IMG/VR virus record: IMGVR_UViG_3300020421_000004
DNA: 64,000 nt
From: an uncultured virus (IMG/VR IMGVR_UViG_3300020421_000004)
Lineage: Duplodnaviria; Heunggongvirae; Uroviricota; Caudoviricetes
Direction: 5' to 3' (one strand)
Translations under genes and position numbers: made by a program
In this document: positions 37,751-48,666 of the stretch, piece after piece
How positions within the stretch are numbered: the stretch's first letter is position 1
How the letters are laid out: every line of letters begins with the position of its first letter
The notes under the pieces: model-generated
The model's input: only the letters and a program-made list of their open reading frames with translations
Told to the model about the DNA's origin: nothing
The model's database searches: none

Positions 37751-38497
37751 TCATAATATTCCTCCCCAAGAGAATTCTTTTTCTTCGCCGTCTAACTCGT
37801 ACACTCCTTTGTATAGGCGTTCGTTCTTTAGGATACCGCTAATAGTGGCGGGAGACCAACTAAGTTTACCCTTCTTTGTTTTGATTCCACTTTGGATTAG
37901 ATGTTCACAGATTTCAGATAGGCTTAGAGCCTTCTCTTTACACTGGAAAATAATTTTCACAATCTCTGCTTCTGCTTTATTGATAACTAATATGCCTTTA
38001 TCTGTATCTTTACCTGTGATTTTGAACTTAGAATCATACCCATATGGCGGTGGCCCTAGTTTCCTACCTTGATGCCTAACTGCATCTAAGCCCATCTTCG
38101 TTCTTTCACGTGTCATCTCTACTTCTAATTGCGCTAATGAACTCATTAATTGGAAAATAAACCTACCCATAGGAGTAACAGTATCGATATCTATGTCTAT
38201 TGCTGCGAAGTTTTTGTTACGAGAGTTGAGATCCGCTGCCCATGTAGCAGCGTTTGCAGCACTACGGTGGAATCGGTCTAGTTTGTAAGCAATAGTGATA
38301 TCCCAAGTATCTATATCTTCCATCATTTTCTCGTATCCTTCACGTTCCGTCTTCATACCAGAACCAACGTCAGAGTACACTTCTACGACTTCGTAGTCTT
38401 TGAATGCACAATACTCCCTACACTTACGTATCTGCTGTTCGACAGAACCTTCTGATTGATGGTCAGTAGACACTCTAGAATAGATAACTGCTTTCAT
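37751..38497 (-). CDS. serine recombinase (resolvase + recombinase domain)
   Basis: YSRVST, DVGSG, LDRFHR, ERTKMGL, PPYGY. Confidence 0.92.
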   Translation of the reverse strand: MKAVIYSRVSTDHQSEGSVEQQIRKCREYCAFKDYEVVEVYSDVGSGMKTEREGYEKMMEDIDTWDITIAYKLDRFHRSAANAATWAADLNSRNKNFAAIDIDIDTVTPMGRFIFQLMSSLAQLEVEMTRERTKMGLDAVRHQGRKLGPPPYGYDSKFKITGKDTDKGILVINKAEAEIVKIIFQCKEKALSLSEICEHLIQSGIKTKKGKLSWSPATISGILKNERLYKGVYELDGEEKEFSWGGIL

Positions 38498-38582
38498 CTC
38501 ATCACCACTATTCTACAAACCTTTGATTCTTCGTCGTAGTACATATAGTCAGGAAGTTTTTTTTGACAATGTGGACACAGCA

Positions 38583-38888
38583 TTACTCTTCCTCCGTCCT
38601 TTTCGTTGGAGTTTCTACAAAGTCGTTAACTGAAAGAGGTTCTTTATCTGCGAAAAATGTTTTACGTATTGCTCTACGCTTACGAATAGTGCGCATAGTT
38701 AGTATCTCTACCCAAAAGGCTAGGAAGAAATACGCAATAACTACGCTAGATATTATCATACCATTTTGACAAAGTAACTCTAAGTTGCTATTTGTTTCAT
38801 AACGTATCTCTAACTTACTTGAGTTGAATAGCCCTAGACCTCCTATGCCCATAGCAATCAAATAATTGAATAACTTCCGATAACCCAC
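38583..38888 (-). CDS. membrane protein
   Basis: Two hydrophobic segments. Confidence 0.65.
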   Translation of the reverse strand: MGYRKLFNYLIAMGIGGLGLFNSSKLEIRYETNSNLELLCQNGMIISSVVIAYFFLAFWVEILTMRTIRKRRAIRKTFFADKEPLSVNDFVETPTKRTEEE

Positions 38889-39440
38889 TTATTCTTCCTC
38901 CATCTCTGCAAGTTCGTAATCTAGGAATTTTATGTCATGCTTTGCTTTAATCGCCTCTATTTCGTCGATTGCTAATTGGATATCTGCATGAAAGACTTCG
39001 CTTTTACCTCGTAAAAACAAGACCTCTCCGTGCTTTTTGTCGTGTTTTTTATTCAACTCGAGAATAGTTACGTTAAGGGCATCTATGTGCAGATGGTGAC
39101 TTTGTGCTTCGTCAACTGCTTTCATCATTTTATCGTGATACTTGTTTTGCTCCGCATCGTACTTCTTCTTAGTATCCTCATCTTTTGCTTTGTGTTGTTT
39201 TGTTACCGCTTCATTACGTAGCGTCTTGTATTTGTTCGCTTCTTCGTTAGACTTGTTTCTAAGAACAATAAGGTCTCTTACCTTTCCTACAGTTTCTCTA
39301 GACAGTGTGTTTAATTGAATACGTTCTTTCTTCGCTGCTCTCAACAACTTGTGTTGATAGTTTCGCTTCATACGACTTATTTTGATAGAATGATACAACT
39401 CATTCGCCCTAGTTAGGTCTTTCTTTAGGATAAAATCCAT
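38889..39440 (-). CDS. archaeal coiled-coil protein (COG1340-like)
   Basis: RN..N...K..RNE, YH..M...EAQ.HH pattern. Confidence 0.6.
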   Translation of the reverse strand: MDFILKKDLTRANELYHSIKISRMKRNYQHKLLRAAKKERIQLNTLSRETVGKVRDLIVLRNKSNEEANKYKTLRNEAVTKQHKAKDEDTKKKYDAEQNKYHDKMMKAVDEAQSHHLHIDALNVTILELNKKHDKKHGEVLFLRGKSEVFHADIQLAIDEIEAIKAKHDIKFLDYELAEMEEE

Positions 39441-39441
39441 C

Positions 39442-39600
39442 CTAGCATCTCCTTCGTGCTTTCAGAGCATCTCTTTTGCTGAGATGCTTATGTCGCTTTC
39501 CTCTACCTTGCTTTACTGAGGCAACAGGTTTACTATTACCTACTCTTGTTCGCTTGTACTCTTTCATTAGTTTCCTAAACTTCTTTCCATTGTGTTTCAT
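39442..39600 (-). CDS. small basic protein
   Basis: K/R-rich ORF. Confidence 0.55.
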   Translation of the reverse strand: MKHNGKKFRKLMKEYKRTRVGNSKPVASVKQGRGKRHKHLSKRDALKARRRC

Positions 39601-39601
39601 A

Positions 39602-39883
39602 TTACTCACTCTCCATGTCTTCAAATAACGTGGAATCTTTTTTGGTGTTTATTTTAGCAACAGCATCTTGGGTTAACTCTTCAAGTAACTCAAACTCACC
39701 GTCTTCTAGGGCTTCTACTAGTACAGCGTGTGTTAAAAGATGTGCAAGCACATCGTGCATTTCACTGACCATCTCTAATGCCTTACCAATAACTGCTGCG
39801 TTAATGTATAGTGCAATCAAGGTAATCAGATTAAGGACTATCAATATTTCAAATTCATACATAACTATCTCTCCTAAAATCAA
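39602..39883 (-). CDS. membrane-anchored hypothetical protein
   Basis: N-terminal hydrophobic helix. Confidence 0.6.
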   Translation of the reverse strand: MILGEIVMYEFEILIVLNLITLIALYINAAVIGKALEMVSEMHDVLAHLLTHAVLVEALEDGEFELLEELTQDAVAKINTKKDSTLFEDMESE

Positions 39884-39909
39884 CTCTGTTTACTTATTTA
39901 CTTAATTCT

Positions 39910-40461
39910 TTACCAAGCAGTTTGCATGGTATTTCTAGCGTATTCATCTGGGTCTTGTATTATCGGTAACAATGCTGAGTACCATTCTGGAGGATTAGAT
40001 TTACCTTTATTCCATATACCCATATAGGACTTATCATATAGATAGTATAACCTATACTTAGTTACTATAGGTAGATTATCAAAGTTATAGAAAGACCTAC
40101 ACTTCTGGTCAGCACTTATAGCGGCTACAAATGGTGTCATTTCTCCGTTTACGGGTAGGTTAGGGCGATTATCTCTGACCCATTCAATAACGTCTTGACA
40201 CTTATGCCTACGTCCGTAGCGGTTGGTATATTCCATACATAGTGCAAGACCATGTTGTATTAGCCAATCGTGATTCTCTCTGCAGGTTCTAGCCCATACT
40301 GTAGACGGGTGATTGTAATGTGTTTTCTTATACGGTGCTACACCGTCAGGATATGCAGCGCATAGCATTTGTGCGGTTTCTAGGGGCATTTTCACAATGT
40401 GCTTATCTAGTTGCATCACTGCTGCTTCCACAGGATCGGTTGAAAGAACAAAGATATTCAT
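39910..40461 (-). CDS. pyrimidine-dimer DNA glycosylase-like (DenV superfamily) protein
   Basis: MNIFVL..DP..AA...DKHIVKM..E.AQML, HYNHPSTVW, EYTNRYGRRH. Confidence 0.85.
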   Translation of the reverse strand: MNIFVLSTDPVEAAVMQLDKHIVKMPLETAQMLCAAYPDGVAPYKKTHYNHPSTVWARTCRENHDWLIQHGLALCMEYTNRYGRRHKCQDVIEWVRDNRPNLPVNGEMTPFVAAISADQKCRSFYNFDNLPIVTKYRLYYLYDKSYMGIWNKGKSNPPEWYSALLPIIQDPDEYARNTMQTAW

Positions 40462-40522
40462 TGTAGTAGCCTCCCTATGAATAAGACCCACTTAGGCATA
40501 TATTGTGCAACAGCGTCAGATA

Positions 40523-40777
40523 TCATGCTTCCACCTCATCTTCTAACCAACCTTTCCTCAGTGCATACTGATAATACCATTCTTCCTCCAATTGCTCATA
40601 GAGTCCTTCCGGTAAGCAATTGACGTTGACATATTCCTGCAATACCATTTCTTTACAAAGTAAACACTGAACCTTCTTCTTGTGGGTTCTAATGCCGCCT
40701 GTAGGTAAGTTCTCTTCTTTGGCGGCTAATTCATAAATATGGTTCCCACCGTTAAGATCATGTGAGCACTCTTTCAT
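40523..40777 (-). CDS. hypothetical protein
   Basis: GAGGTGG SD. Confidence 0.6.
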   Translation of the reverse strand: MKECSHDLNGGNHIYELAAKEENLPTGGIRTHKKKVQCLLCKEMVLQEYVNVNCLPEGLYEQLEEEWYYQYALRKGWLEDEVEA

Positions 40778-41373
40778 GCTTCCACCTCATGTACTGCCAT
40801 TCTTATATCTTTTAGGATTCCTTCCATTTTGGAGACAGCGTCTAGTAACTCCTGTCTGAACTCCGGTTCCTTCTTACATCTTTCTAAATATATTTCCATC
40901 AATTTACTTTCTATCATTTGCGTCTTCTCCTTAACTATGTTTGCAGCAATCCTAGTTACATTGAACTATACCTTGGGTGCGGCTATGCCTATACCCACCT
41001 ACAGGCGGTATATAAGTTAATGGGGCCTTATACTTATAGCAAATGGGTAGGGACCTGGTTCTCATATGTATAACGTCCGTTACACATATACATATACCCT
41101 TTTACATATAGGCGGATAAGTGTACATATCAGGGGTAAAAGGCTATTATTCGATGTTTTCACTAGGGTATAATAGTAGGTTGCGGGAATTGGGCATGGAA
41201 AAACAGATTATTGGTTGCAGCACAATAGGAGTTGTTATCAAAAGGAGGTTGTCCAACCCCGCAATATAACCGAGTGGGCAGGTGATTATAACCCCATCTC
41301 AGGCAAACATAGTTTATATGAATACTAGGTTAGAATGACAATGTTTAATTACCTTCGGTTACGAGCAAGGCTC

Positions 41374-42105
41374 ATGTCTGATAATTATCAAGAGAGAATC
41401 GCAGATGCTCTTGAAAGAATCGCAGGCTCCCTTGAGGAAATGGTTAATCGACCATTACCATTAAGGACAGTTGAGAAGAGATTGGAACAGGCCATTGACG
41501 CCAATGACCAACTCTCTGAGATATCAGTAGCATCTGTAATAAAAGAAAGCAAGCAAGAAACTGTGGAGGTAGTAGAAAAGGAGGCAATCCAGACTACTAC
41601 CCTACCTAAAGCAAGAGAGTCGGTATTCACTACTGACCTAGAAGTAGGGGTTAGAGTACTAGTCTCTGGCTCTGATGGACCAAATGAGGGTTGTGTCGGT
41701 ACAATAGTCGATAAAGCCAAGAATTGGATTACCGTCTCTGTAGAAACCGGAAACAATGTCAAGAAAGCAGGAGAGACAATCTCTGTAAGAAAGTCTTGGT
41801 GTCAAGTTCTAGAAGGAGAAGAAAACGTAGAAACAGCCACTGAAGTAGAAGAAGATACTATTGGTGTAGAAAAGACTACAGAATTGTTAATAGACGAATC
41901 TGATGTAAACCACCCTGGAAACTTCACTTTTGACAAAGGTGCTAGAAAGGGTGAGACTGTTCACCAAGCATATATGTCTGGTGATGAAGGCAAGACTTTC
42001 GTACACTATGTAGCATTCTTGGCAGCAAATCGCCCAGAGTGGACTGAACACTGCAAGAGATACTGTGCATTAGTGGGAATAACTTCCCATCCGGACAGGT
42101 CGTGA
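41374..42105 (+). CDS. hypothetical protein with KOW/SH3-like segment
   Basis: EVGVRVLVSG..GPNEG.VGTIVD; TTTAATTA about 25 nt before ATG 41374. Confidence 0.7.
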   Translation: MSDNYQERIADALERIAGSLEEMVNRPLPLRTVEKRLEQAIDANDQLSEISVASVIKESKQETVEVVEKEAIQTTTLPKARESVFTTDLEVGVRVLVSGSDGPNEGCVGTIVDKAKNWITVSVETGNNVKKAGETISVRKSWCQVLEGEENVETATEVEEDTIGVEKTTELLIDESDVNHPGNFTFDKGARKGETVHQAYMSGDEGKTFVHYVAFLAANRPEWTEHCKRYCALVGITSHPDRS

Positions 42106-42109
42106 TATC

Positions 42110-42373
42110 GTGACACTGGAAGACGAAGAGTGGGATAATCGACATGAACCTGGATTCAATTTCGAAGCGTATTTGGCGCAGAAACTGGTAAAATCACATG
42201 AGATAACCATAGACGAATTGCTTGAAGCCCATGCTGAATTGGCGAAGAATAATGCTTATTGGTTCAAGCAGTATACGGATTTGAAAGAGGCTCTTGTAGG
42301 CGACAGTACTAACTGGACTCACGACGAACTCGTTGGAAGAGCACTAGAGTTAGTAGACTTGGGAAGTGAGTAA
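42110..42373 (+). CDS. hypothetical protein
   Basis: ORF. Confidence 0.65.
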   Translation: MTLEDEEWDNRHEPGFNFEAYLAQKLVKSHEITIDELLEAHAELAKNNAYWFKQYTDLKEALVGDSTNWTHDELVGRALELVDLGSE

Positions 42374-43375
42374 ATGGGTAAAGATTGGGGAGACTGGAGA
42401 AGGCACGATATATCGCCATCCAGGTTGAAAACCTTTTCAGATTGTCCTAGAAAGTACTTTTACCAGTACGTTCAGAAGATAAAGACACCTAACAGACTCT
42501 TTTTCCTTAGTGGTAACGTTTTCGACGAAATCGCTATGGAAGAGTTTAGAGCAGATCCTAGTCAAGATGTAGAACCAATCGTTGAGTTGGCTGGAGATAT
42601 CTTACTTATTAGAATCAAAGAAGCACAGAAAGATGAAGACAAACCATTGTTAAATCTAGATGGTAGTCCTGTCACTGATGCACAAGGCTTACAAGAAGTC
42701 ATGGACTTTAGAACATGGACTAGAGGCTTCCTTTTAGCATGGCAAAATGGTGAAGATTACTTAGGTAACAAGTTCCAAATGCCACCTATTGCAGATACAC
42801 AAGTACAATGTATATGGCCTATACAGATTGATGGACAAACTATTAGGTTGAATGGATTTGCTGATATAACACATACAGATGGTTCTGTTACTGATTTGAA
42901 GATGGCTTCTTATTGGAAGTCTTCTCGTTGGACATCTGGCCGTATAATGTCAGAATTACAATGGGTTCCTTATTCACAGGCTCTAAATACCAACAAATTC
43001 AGATATATCGTGACAGATAAGCACAAGTCTGGTTGGAAAGATAAGCGTAAAGCAGACCCACCAACAGTTAGAACATTTGACGTAGACGTGTACCCACAAG
43101 ATGTAGACAATTTTAAGGATTTGGTAACATCTTTTGTACGTACTACAGACTTCCTAAACGACCATTTGGACGGTGTATTCCCTCCAAAGCCACAATACAA
43201 AGGAGATGAAACAGCATTTGGTGCTGAACCATCTAAAAAGAAGTTTAACGAATACAGTCTACCACAGGTTAATTTCTGTAGGAAACTATGCGACTTCAAA
43301 GACGTCTGTTTCAAAGAATGCTTTGGTGGTACATTTAGGTCAGAAAGTACTCCAGATGACATGGAAGGTGCATGA
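42374..43375 (+). CDS. PD-(D/E)XK exonuclease, Cas4/RecB-like
   Basis: SPSRL...CPRKY, GFAD, DLK, Q..PY, C-terminal CxxxCxxxxxC. Confidence 0.88.
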   Translation: MGKDWGDWRRHDISPSRLKTFSDCPRKYFYQYVQKIKTPNRLFFLSGNVFDEIAMEEFRADPSQDVEPIVELAGDILLIRIKEAQKDEDKPLLNLDGSPVTDAQGLQEVMDFRTWTRGFLLAWQNGEDYLGNKFQMPPIADTQVQCIWPIQIDGQTIRLNGFADITHTDGSVTDLKMASYWKSSRWTSGRIMSELQWVPYSQALNTNKFRYIVTDKHKSGWKDKRKADPPTVRTFDVDVYPQDVDNFKDLVTSFVRTTDFLNDHLDGVFPPKPQYKGDETAFGAEPSKKKFNEYSLPQVNFCRKLCDFKDVCFKECFGGTFRSESTPDDMEGA

Positions 43376-43538
43376 TATGAATACAAAGGAAGCAGAGTTA
43401 CTAGAAAACATATTAGCCGCTGGTGGAGAGATAGTCGGTTGGCAAGAAGTCACAGATAGTAAAGGTGGCATTCATATAATTCCTAGAGTCAGAATAGATA
43501 AATCGGCTCTATCGAAATTTGAAAAGGAGAGAAAGTAA

Positions 43539-43850
43539 ATGGGATTCAAGAAGAGTGCTTTACAGAAACAACTAGCAGCAGCGCAGAGTGAATTAGAATT
43601 GTACAGAGGTTTGCTTATGGACAACCAAGAGGTTAGTTTCAAGCAAGCACACGTTATAGATATTGTTCTATCTAATCACTTTAGTGAAGAACCTGTAATA
43701 CCTGTACCGGATCTTGTTGTTGACGATGACTGGCTACATGGTATGAAAGAAGCAAATAGAAGTGCTTTACAGCAGATGACAAACATTGCTCAGTTTAACG
43801 AAAAACAAATGACAAGTAGTGCAACGGTGGTTACGTCAGAAGAGGAGTAG
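43539..43850 (+). CDS. hypothetical protein
   Basis: ORF. Confidence 0.65.
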   Translation: MGFKKSALQKQLAAAQSELELYRGLLMDNQEVSFKQAHVIDIVLSNHFSEEPVIPVPDLVVDDDWLHGMKEANRSALQQMTNIAQFNEKQMTSSATVVTSEEE

Positions 43851-43852
43851 GA

Positions 43853-44437
43853 ATGGCCACCGAAGAAGAGATTAGAACCCATATAGAAGCCTTATGTGCT
43901 GATAAAGATTGGGTCAAATCTTTCAATTCTAAGTTAAAAAGGGTCAAATCTGGAGAACACAAAGGCTGTTTAGAGTGGCAGGGTGGACTAGATAAGGGCG
44001 GCTACGGACGTTTCCATGTCAAGAAACACCACGAAACCGGAACAGGTAGAAACTTCTTTGCACATAGGATGTCTTACATGATTAATAGAGGATACATTAC
44101 ACCGGATGAATTGATACTACATCAGTGTCATAACCGTCTCTGTTGTAATCCATCACATCACAAATTAGGCGATCATATGGACAATATGGATGATTTACAT
44201 GATTCCAAAAGAATTGCTGGAGAGAACAATCCTAGAAGCAAACTAACAGAAGATGAGGTGTGGGATATCCTATCTCTATACTATGATGGTATAGAACCTA
44301 TATATGAGCCTCTATCTATAGGAGATATAGTAAAGTTATATGAAGATGTAGGTATTAAGAGAGGAACCGTATCTGATATAGTATATGGTAGAACGTGGCC
44401 GTACGTCTACAATGAGTTTTTTGAGGAGGAAGACTAA
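43853..44437 (+). CDS. HNH endonuclease with C-terminal DNA-binding helix
   Basis: CLEWQG..GYG, AHRMSY, LHQCHNRLCCNPSH, GENNPRSKLTE. Confidence 0.9.
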   Translation: MATEEEIRTHIEALCADKDWVKSFNSKLKRVKSGEHKGCLEWQGGLDKGGYGRFHVKKHHETGTGRNFFAHRMSYMINRGYITPDELILHQCHNRLCCNPSHHKLGDHMDNMDDLHDSKRIAGENNPRSKLTEDEVWDILSLYYDGIEPIYEPLSIGDIVKLYEDVGIKRGTVSDIVYGRTWPYVYNEFFEEED

Positions 44438-45855
44438 TGTTTGATGGATTAATACTCTTGATGTTAACGGCATTCTTCCCTTTGATCTTATATTGGGGCA
44501 TATCGTACTTCTTTGTATGCAGAGATGTCATCAGATACATGTTAGATGTAGTAGGTTGGAGAGGTTAATATGAGTTTAGGTGCAATATGGCCTTGTGATA
44601 AGTGTAAAAGGCACGTTCCTTTTCACGAATTGAAAGCAGGGCTATGCTGGATATGTCAGGAACGGGTGATATAATATGTCGATTTTAGATGCTATTGGTA
44701 GTATCTGTGCCGGTGCATGTCTAATTTATTTTGTAGTTCTGGTGATCTACACTGCGATAGATATGCAATATTTACCTGGAAAGTCTTTTTTAGTAGTTAA
44801 AAAGAGGGATGATGATGAAAAGTAACGAAGATTTTTGGAAAGCAAAGGTTGGACATTCGTTTATGACCTTAGTTGCAGCAGCCAGACACGTACTTGACGT
44901 GAAGCCAAATAGCCTAAAATACCAAGAATCATACGATAAAATACTTTATTCATTGTCCATCGTGGCACATGAGTTCGATGCAATGTATCCTGGTGGAATT
45001 ATAATGGAGGAAGAGTGATGACTACAGAATACGACTGTCCTATTTGCATAGAATTAGCAACACCTATCAAGAGAAGTATGAGCATTGGTAAGATCCACTA
45101 TATGGATTCCCGATACGTAATGACCTGTGACGAATGTAAGTTGGTTATTTCTACCAATAAATGGAGAGAACTAACTTCTGCAGCGTTGTACAAAACAAAA
45201 CAGGAGGAAGAATAATGCTTGTGAATCGAACTAAGTTAGAAAAATATGAAGAAAAAGATCCCCTATGGTGGTGTCTACATCATAAAAATACACTTTCGTA
45301 TCTCAAATTAAGAGTAAAACAATGGCAAGATGCTGAAACAGAAGAAGAAAAAGATAAAATCATGTCTCTTATCAATGTCGTTGTGCATGCAGATTAGGTG
45401 GTTTAGGAATGGCGATATTAGAAACACTACTGATAATGTTAGTTATATTGCTTGGTTTGCTATTTTTAGGGATACTTGCTCTATATACAGCATTTAGAGC
45501 GCAAACAAATAGACTATTAGACATGAAAAAAGACTTCGATAGAGGTCGACAAGCAGTTGAAAAACGGTTTAACAGGAAGTGATTCGGTGAAGAAAAAACC
45601 CAACGAGTGGCTACAGCAGTACAAACTAAACGATGTTTTAAACAGAATGCAGTATGAAATGTACGAGTTGCCGAACAGAGTTTTGTTTAGGTATGAATGG
45701 ATAGTCCTAACTGGGTTTGTGTTATTTGCTTTAGCCATGACTAATGAGTTAGGCTATACCAATTTTAGCGGTGATTTGTTTTGGGCACTCTGTGGAGCAG
45801 CACTTGCAGGTGAAGGAATCGTCGAATTATACTATGAAAAGAGGAAGCGTGGAGA

Positions 45856-46485
45856 ATGATTAGACGCACACACCTTTACAAAGTACCTTCTGCGTTCTTA
45901 GCGGTTCGTACGGAGGATGTCGTACATTGTATAAAATGTAAAACAAAGACTCATTCTTGTGCTGTATTCGGCCAAAAATTCAAAATTATCGCTAAAAACA
46001 GGTTAATTCAGAAGACTCGTTGTGGACATCACGACTGTAATACTGTTAGGCGTTCTTTTTGCAAATTTAAAAGATACTCTGCCGTAACTGGATATCCTTA
46101 TGCTGGAAAACAATACAAAATGACCCGTTATGTTAGTCCAACTTGGTTTTCAGAAGAATTATCTTCATTGGAGATAGATTGGGAAGAAATGTATAACCAT
46201 AGACTTTTGTATAAGGTATCTAAACCGAAACTCAGAAGAAATAGATTACCAAGAAAATACCCACATAATCGTACCCAACCATACGCACCAGATCCAAACA
46301 TACATAATCAAGTTGGTGACGATTATGTCAGGGCTATTAGAGCACAGAGACAACAAGGACAACCACCTTATCCACAGGTAAACGAAAGACCTTACACGCC
46401 TTCAGAGCCTGCGAATCCGTTTCACAACCGAGATTATTATAACTATAGGAATAACCTAGTTGAACCATCAGAGGAGGTCGAGTGA
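45856..46485 (+). CDS. Cys/His-rich hypothetical protein
   Basis: ORF. Confidence 0.6.
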   Translation: MIRRTHLYKVPSAFLAVRTEDVVHCIKCKTKTHSCAVFGQKFKIIAKNRLIQKTRCGHHDCNTVRRSFCKFKRYSAVTGYPYAGKQYKMTRYVSPTWFSEELSSLEIDWEEMYNHRLLYKVSKPKLRRNRLPRKYPHNRTQPYAPDPNIHNQVGDDYVRAIRAQRQQGQPPYPQVNERPYTPSEPANPFHNRDYYNYRNNLVEPSEEVE

Positions 46486-46808
46486 TGCTAAGGGACCCGT
46501 TTACTGGTGATATCGACTCTGATGCTGTTATTAGAATAGCAACAATAGTCGTTATTCTGGCTGCATTCGCTACTTTAGGTTCTGTTAGTGAAGGCGAAGC
46601 ATGGTATTATCCTTATGAACTGGTCATCGACTATGCAATATTACACTCTACCGCAACAATAGCATCTATTATGATAATGGTAATGGCTTATTGGTGGTAT
46701 GAACAATTTAGAGGTGGTTATTTTTGAGGACTTTAACACTAGAAAACAGTAGACAAACAACACTCCATGAGTACTTCGATATAGGTATTCCAGAGGAAGG
46801 GAATTAAA

Positions 46809-47390
46809 ATGACAAAAGTAGCAGCGTATTTATACAAACCGAAAGGCAAGCAATATGACTTTACTGAGATGGTAAAGTATACAGAATTAAAGGCGAAAGA
46901 TGTAAATGTAGTAATAGATGAGTTTTACGCAGATGGTTGGGACGACATTCCTAATGGGATTGATGAACTACTATCTGATATAAATAACTATAATGGTATA
47001 CTACTATACTCTCTAGAGGGTATAACTAAAGAACAGATTAAACTACTAAGTAAGAAATCAATATATTGTATAACTACCCCATGGATTAAGGGTGCTAAAG
47101 CAGCAACCGAACTAGGTAATGTACAAACTGCAGGAGAGTATTACAAAACTATGCGCTCTCTTAATATACGCATGGGAATAAAAGCCTCTTCTAAGCAATC
47201 TGGATCCGCACCATATGGGTTTATGTTCAATGATGGAGTCTTAATTGAGTCTCCTGTCGAGAAACCAATCCTCGATAACGTGCTAAATTGGAAGAAAACT
47301 GGTATGTCGGTGTCAGAAATATCCATCAAAACTGGTTTAGACACATGGAAAATCTACAGTATTCTAAACTACTGGAGAAATAAGAAATGA
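46809..47390 (+). CDS. degenerate resolvase-like protein with HTH
   Basis: APYGF motif, C-terminal HTH; catalytic YxRVS replaced by YLYKP. Confidence 0.6.
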   Translation: MTKVAAYLYKPKGKQYDFTEMVKYTELKAKDVNVVIDEFYADGWDDIPNGIDELLSDINNYNGILLYSLEGITKEQIKLLSKKSIYCITTPWIKGAKAATELGNVQTAGEYYKTMRSLNIRMGIKASSKQSGSAPYGFMFNDGVLIESPVEKPILDNVLNWKKTGMSVSEISIKTGLDTWKIYSILNYWRNKK

Positions 47391-47767
47391 AGTTACCTTC
47401 TAGCGACCAAAAGATAGTCAACGACTTCTTTAGGGAGCATGTTGAGAGGGCATATAAGAATCCTATGAACTCTGTTAGGTTGAATGTAGACCACACAAAC
47501 GACCATAGAGTTAGAATATTTGAGATATGTAATGTCTTGATAGACAAGAAAATACCTTTCTGGACAGAAGTCAGACTAAAGAATGGCTGTATTCCTGATA
47601 TAGTAGCACCAACCCACGTTGTCAGATTCATAGAAGTACTCGGTACAGAGAGTCCCGAAGACTTCCTACAAAATAAATTTCACAAGTACGAAAGTTTTGG
47701 CTTTTCTAAAAAAGACTTTCTACTAATAGACGCTAACGGTGCGTTTGCACCGGAAGACGTCCTGTAA
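47387..47767 (+). CDS. small PD-(D/E)XK nuclease-like protein
   Basis: TEVRL...IPDIV...FIEV. Confidence 0.6.
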   Translation: MKLPSSDQKIVNDFFREHVERAYKNPMNSVRLNVDHTNDHRVRIFEICNVLIDKKIPFWTEVRLKNGCIPDIVAPTHVVRFIEVLGTESPEDFLQNKFHKYESFGFSKKDFLLIDANGAFAPEDVL

Positions 47768-48335
47768 CAAAGGGGCCCTTGTAGATGGTGAAAGAAAGGA
47801 AAAGGAAAAATAACGATAAAACAGTTTCTAAGCAAGATTCATTTTTGTCTAGTCTGATACCGAGTAATTTAGAGTTGACAATCAAGATGCAAGATGAAGA
47901 TAAAGAAATCTTGCTTGAGAAGTTAGAAGAAACCAAGAAAGATATGCTAAGAAATTGGCGAATTGTTCAAATCATAATGGCAAGTGGCATAATTCTTAGT
48001 GTCGTTGGTAGATTTTACCCATAAACAAATTTTTTGCAGTTTAGGAAAAAACATACCCTTCTGCGTCGCTCCTGTGGCAAGTAATCAACATAAAAGGTAT
48101 CAGAGTGACCGGACACCCTTTGCTGCTCTTAAACAGCGTTTAAACGGGTATTTTTGCTAAAACCAAAATTTTTCTTCAAAATATTGTCTTTTTTTGGCTT
48201 CTTTGTTGATTTTGTCTCTAATTTTTTTTCTTTTCAGCAAATAACACTTTCCGCAGATTTCATCTTTACTTGTTCTAGTGATCGGCCCTTTACAAGTTTT
48301 ACAGATGCCTAACTGTTTTTTCATGCTACTCTCAA

Positions 48336-48641
48336 TCACTCTACATATTTGTAGGCATACTTTAGAACTTGTGTCATAGATATTTTCTTCTTTCCACCAC
48401 ACATTTTCTTCCAATCCGGATCTTCTCCGCAGAAAATAACTTGTCCACCTTTGTAGGTTTTCTTACCGACTTTCAGTGAGTCTCCTTCTCCGCCTTGTAT
48501 GCCGAGTGCATGAATCCCGTTCTTTCCATGCCATAGATTCTTTAGTATGTCTTTCCTCTTTACTGAGGTCTTTCCCATCAGATTCGCTAATGGGCCAGTT
48601 ACTTTTACTTTTACATCTAGGGGCTTTACTTTCTTTGCCAT
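48336..48641 (-). CDS. SWIB/MDM2-domain protein
   Basis: PLANLMG...R..I.K.LW..I...GIQ...IFC..D...K......ISM..V.K. Confidence 0.7.
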   Translation of the reverse strand: MAKKVKPLDVKVKVTGPLANLMGKTSVKRKDILKNLWHGKNGIHALGIQGGEGDSLKVGKKTYKGGQVIFCGEDPDWKKMCGGKKKISMTQVLKYAYKYVE

Positions 48642-48666
48642 GTTGATTCCTCACATTATTATTTAC

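Noticed and set aside
42374..43375. CRISPR-Cas locus around the Cas4-like nuclease
   Set aside because: No repeat-spacer array or other cas genes; solo nucleases of this type are common in archaeal viruses
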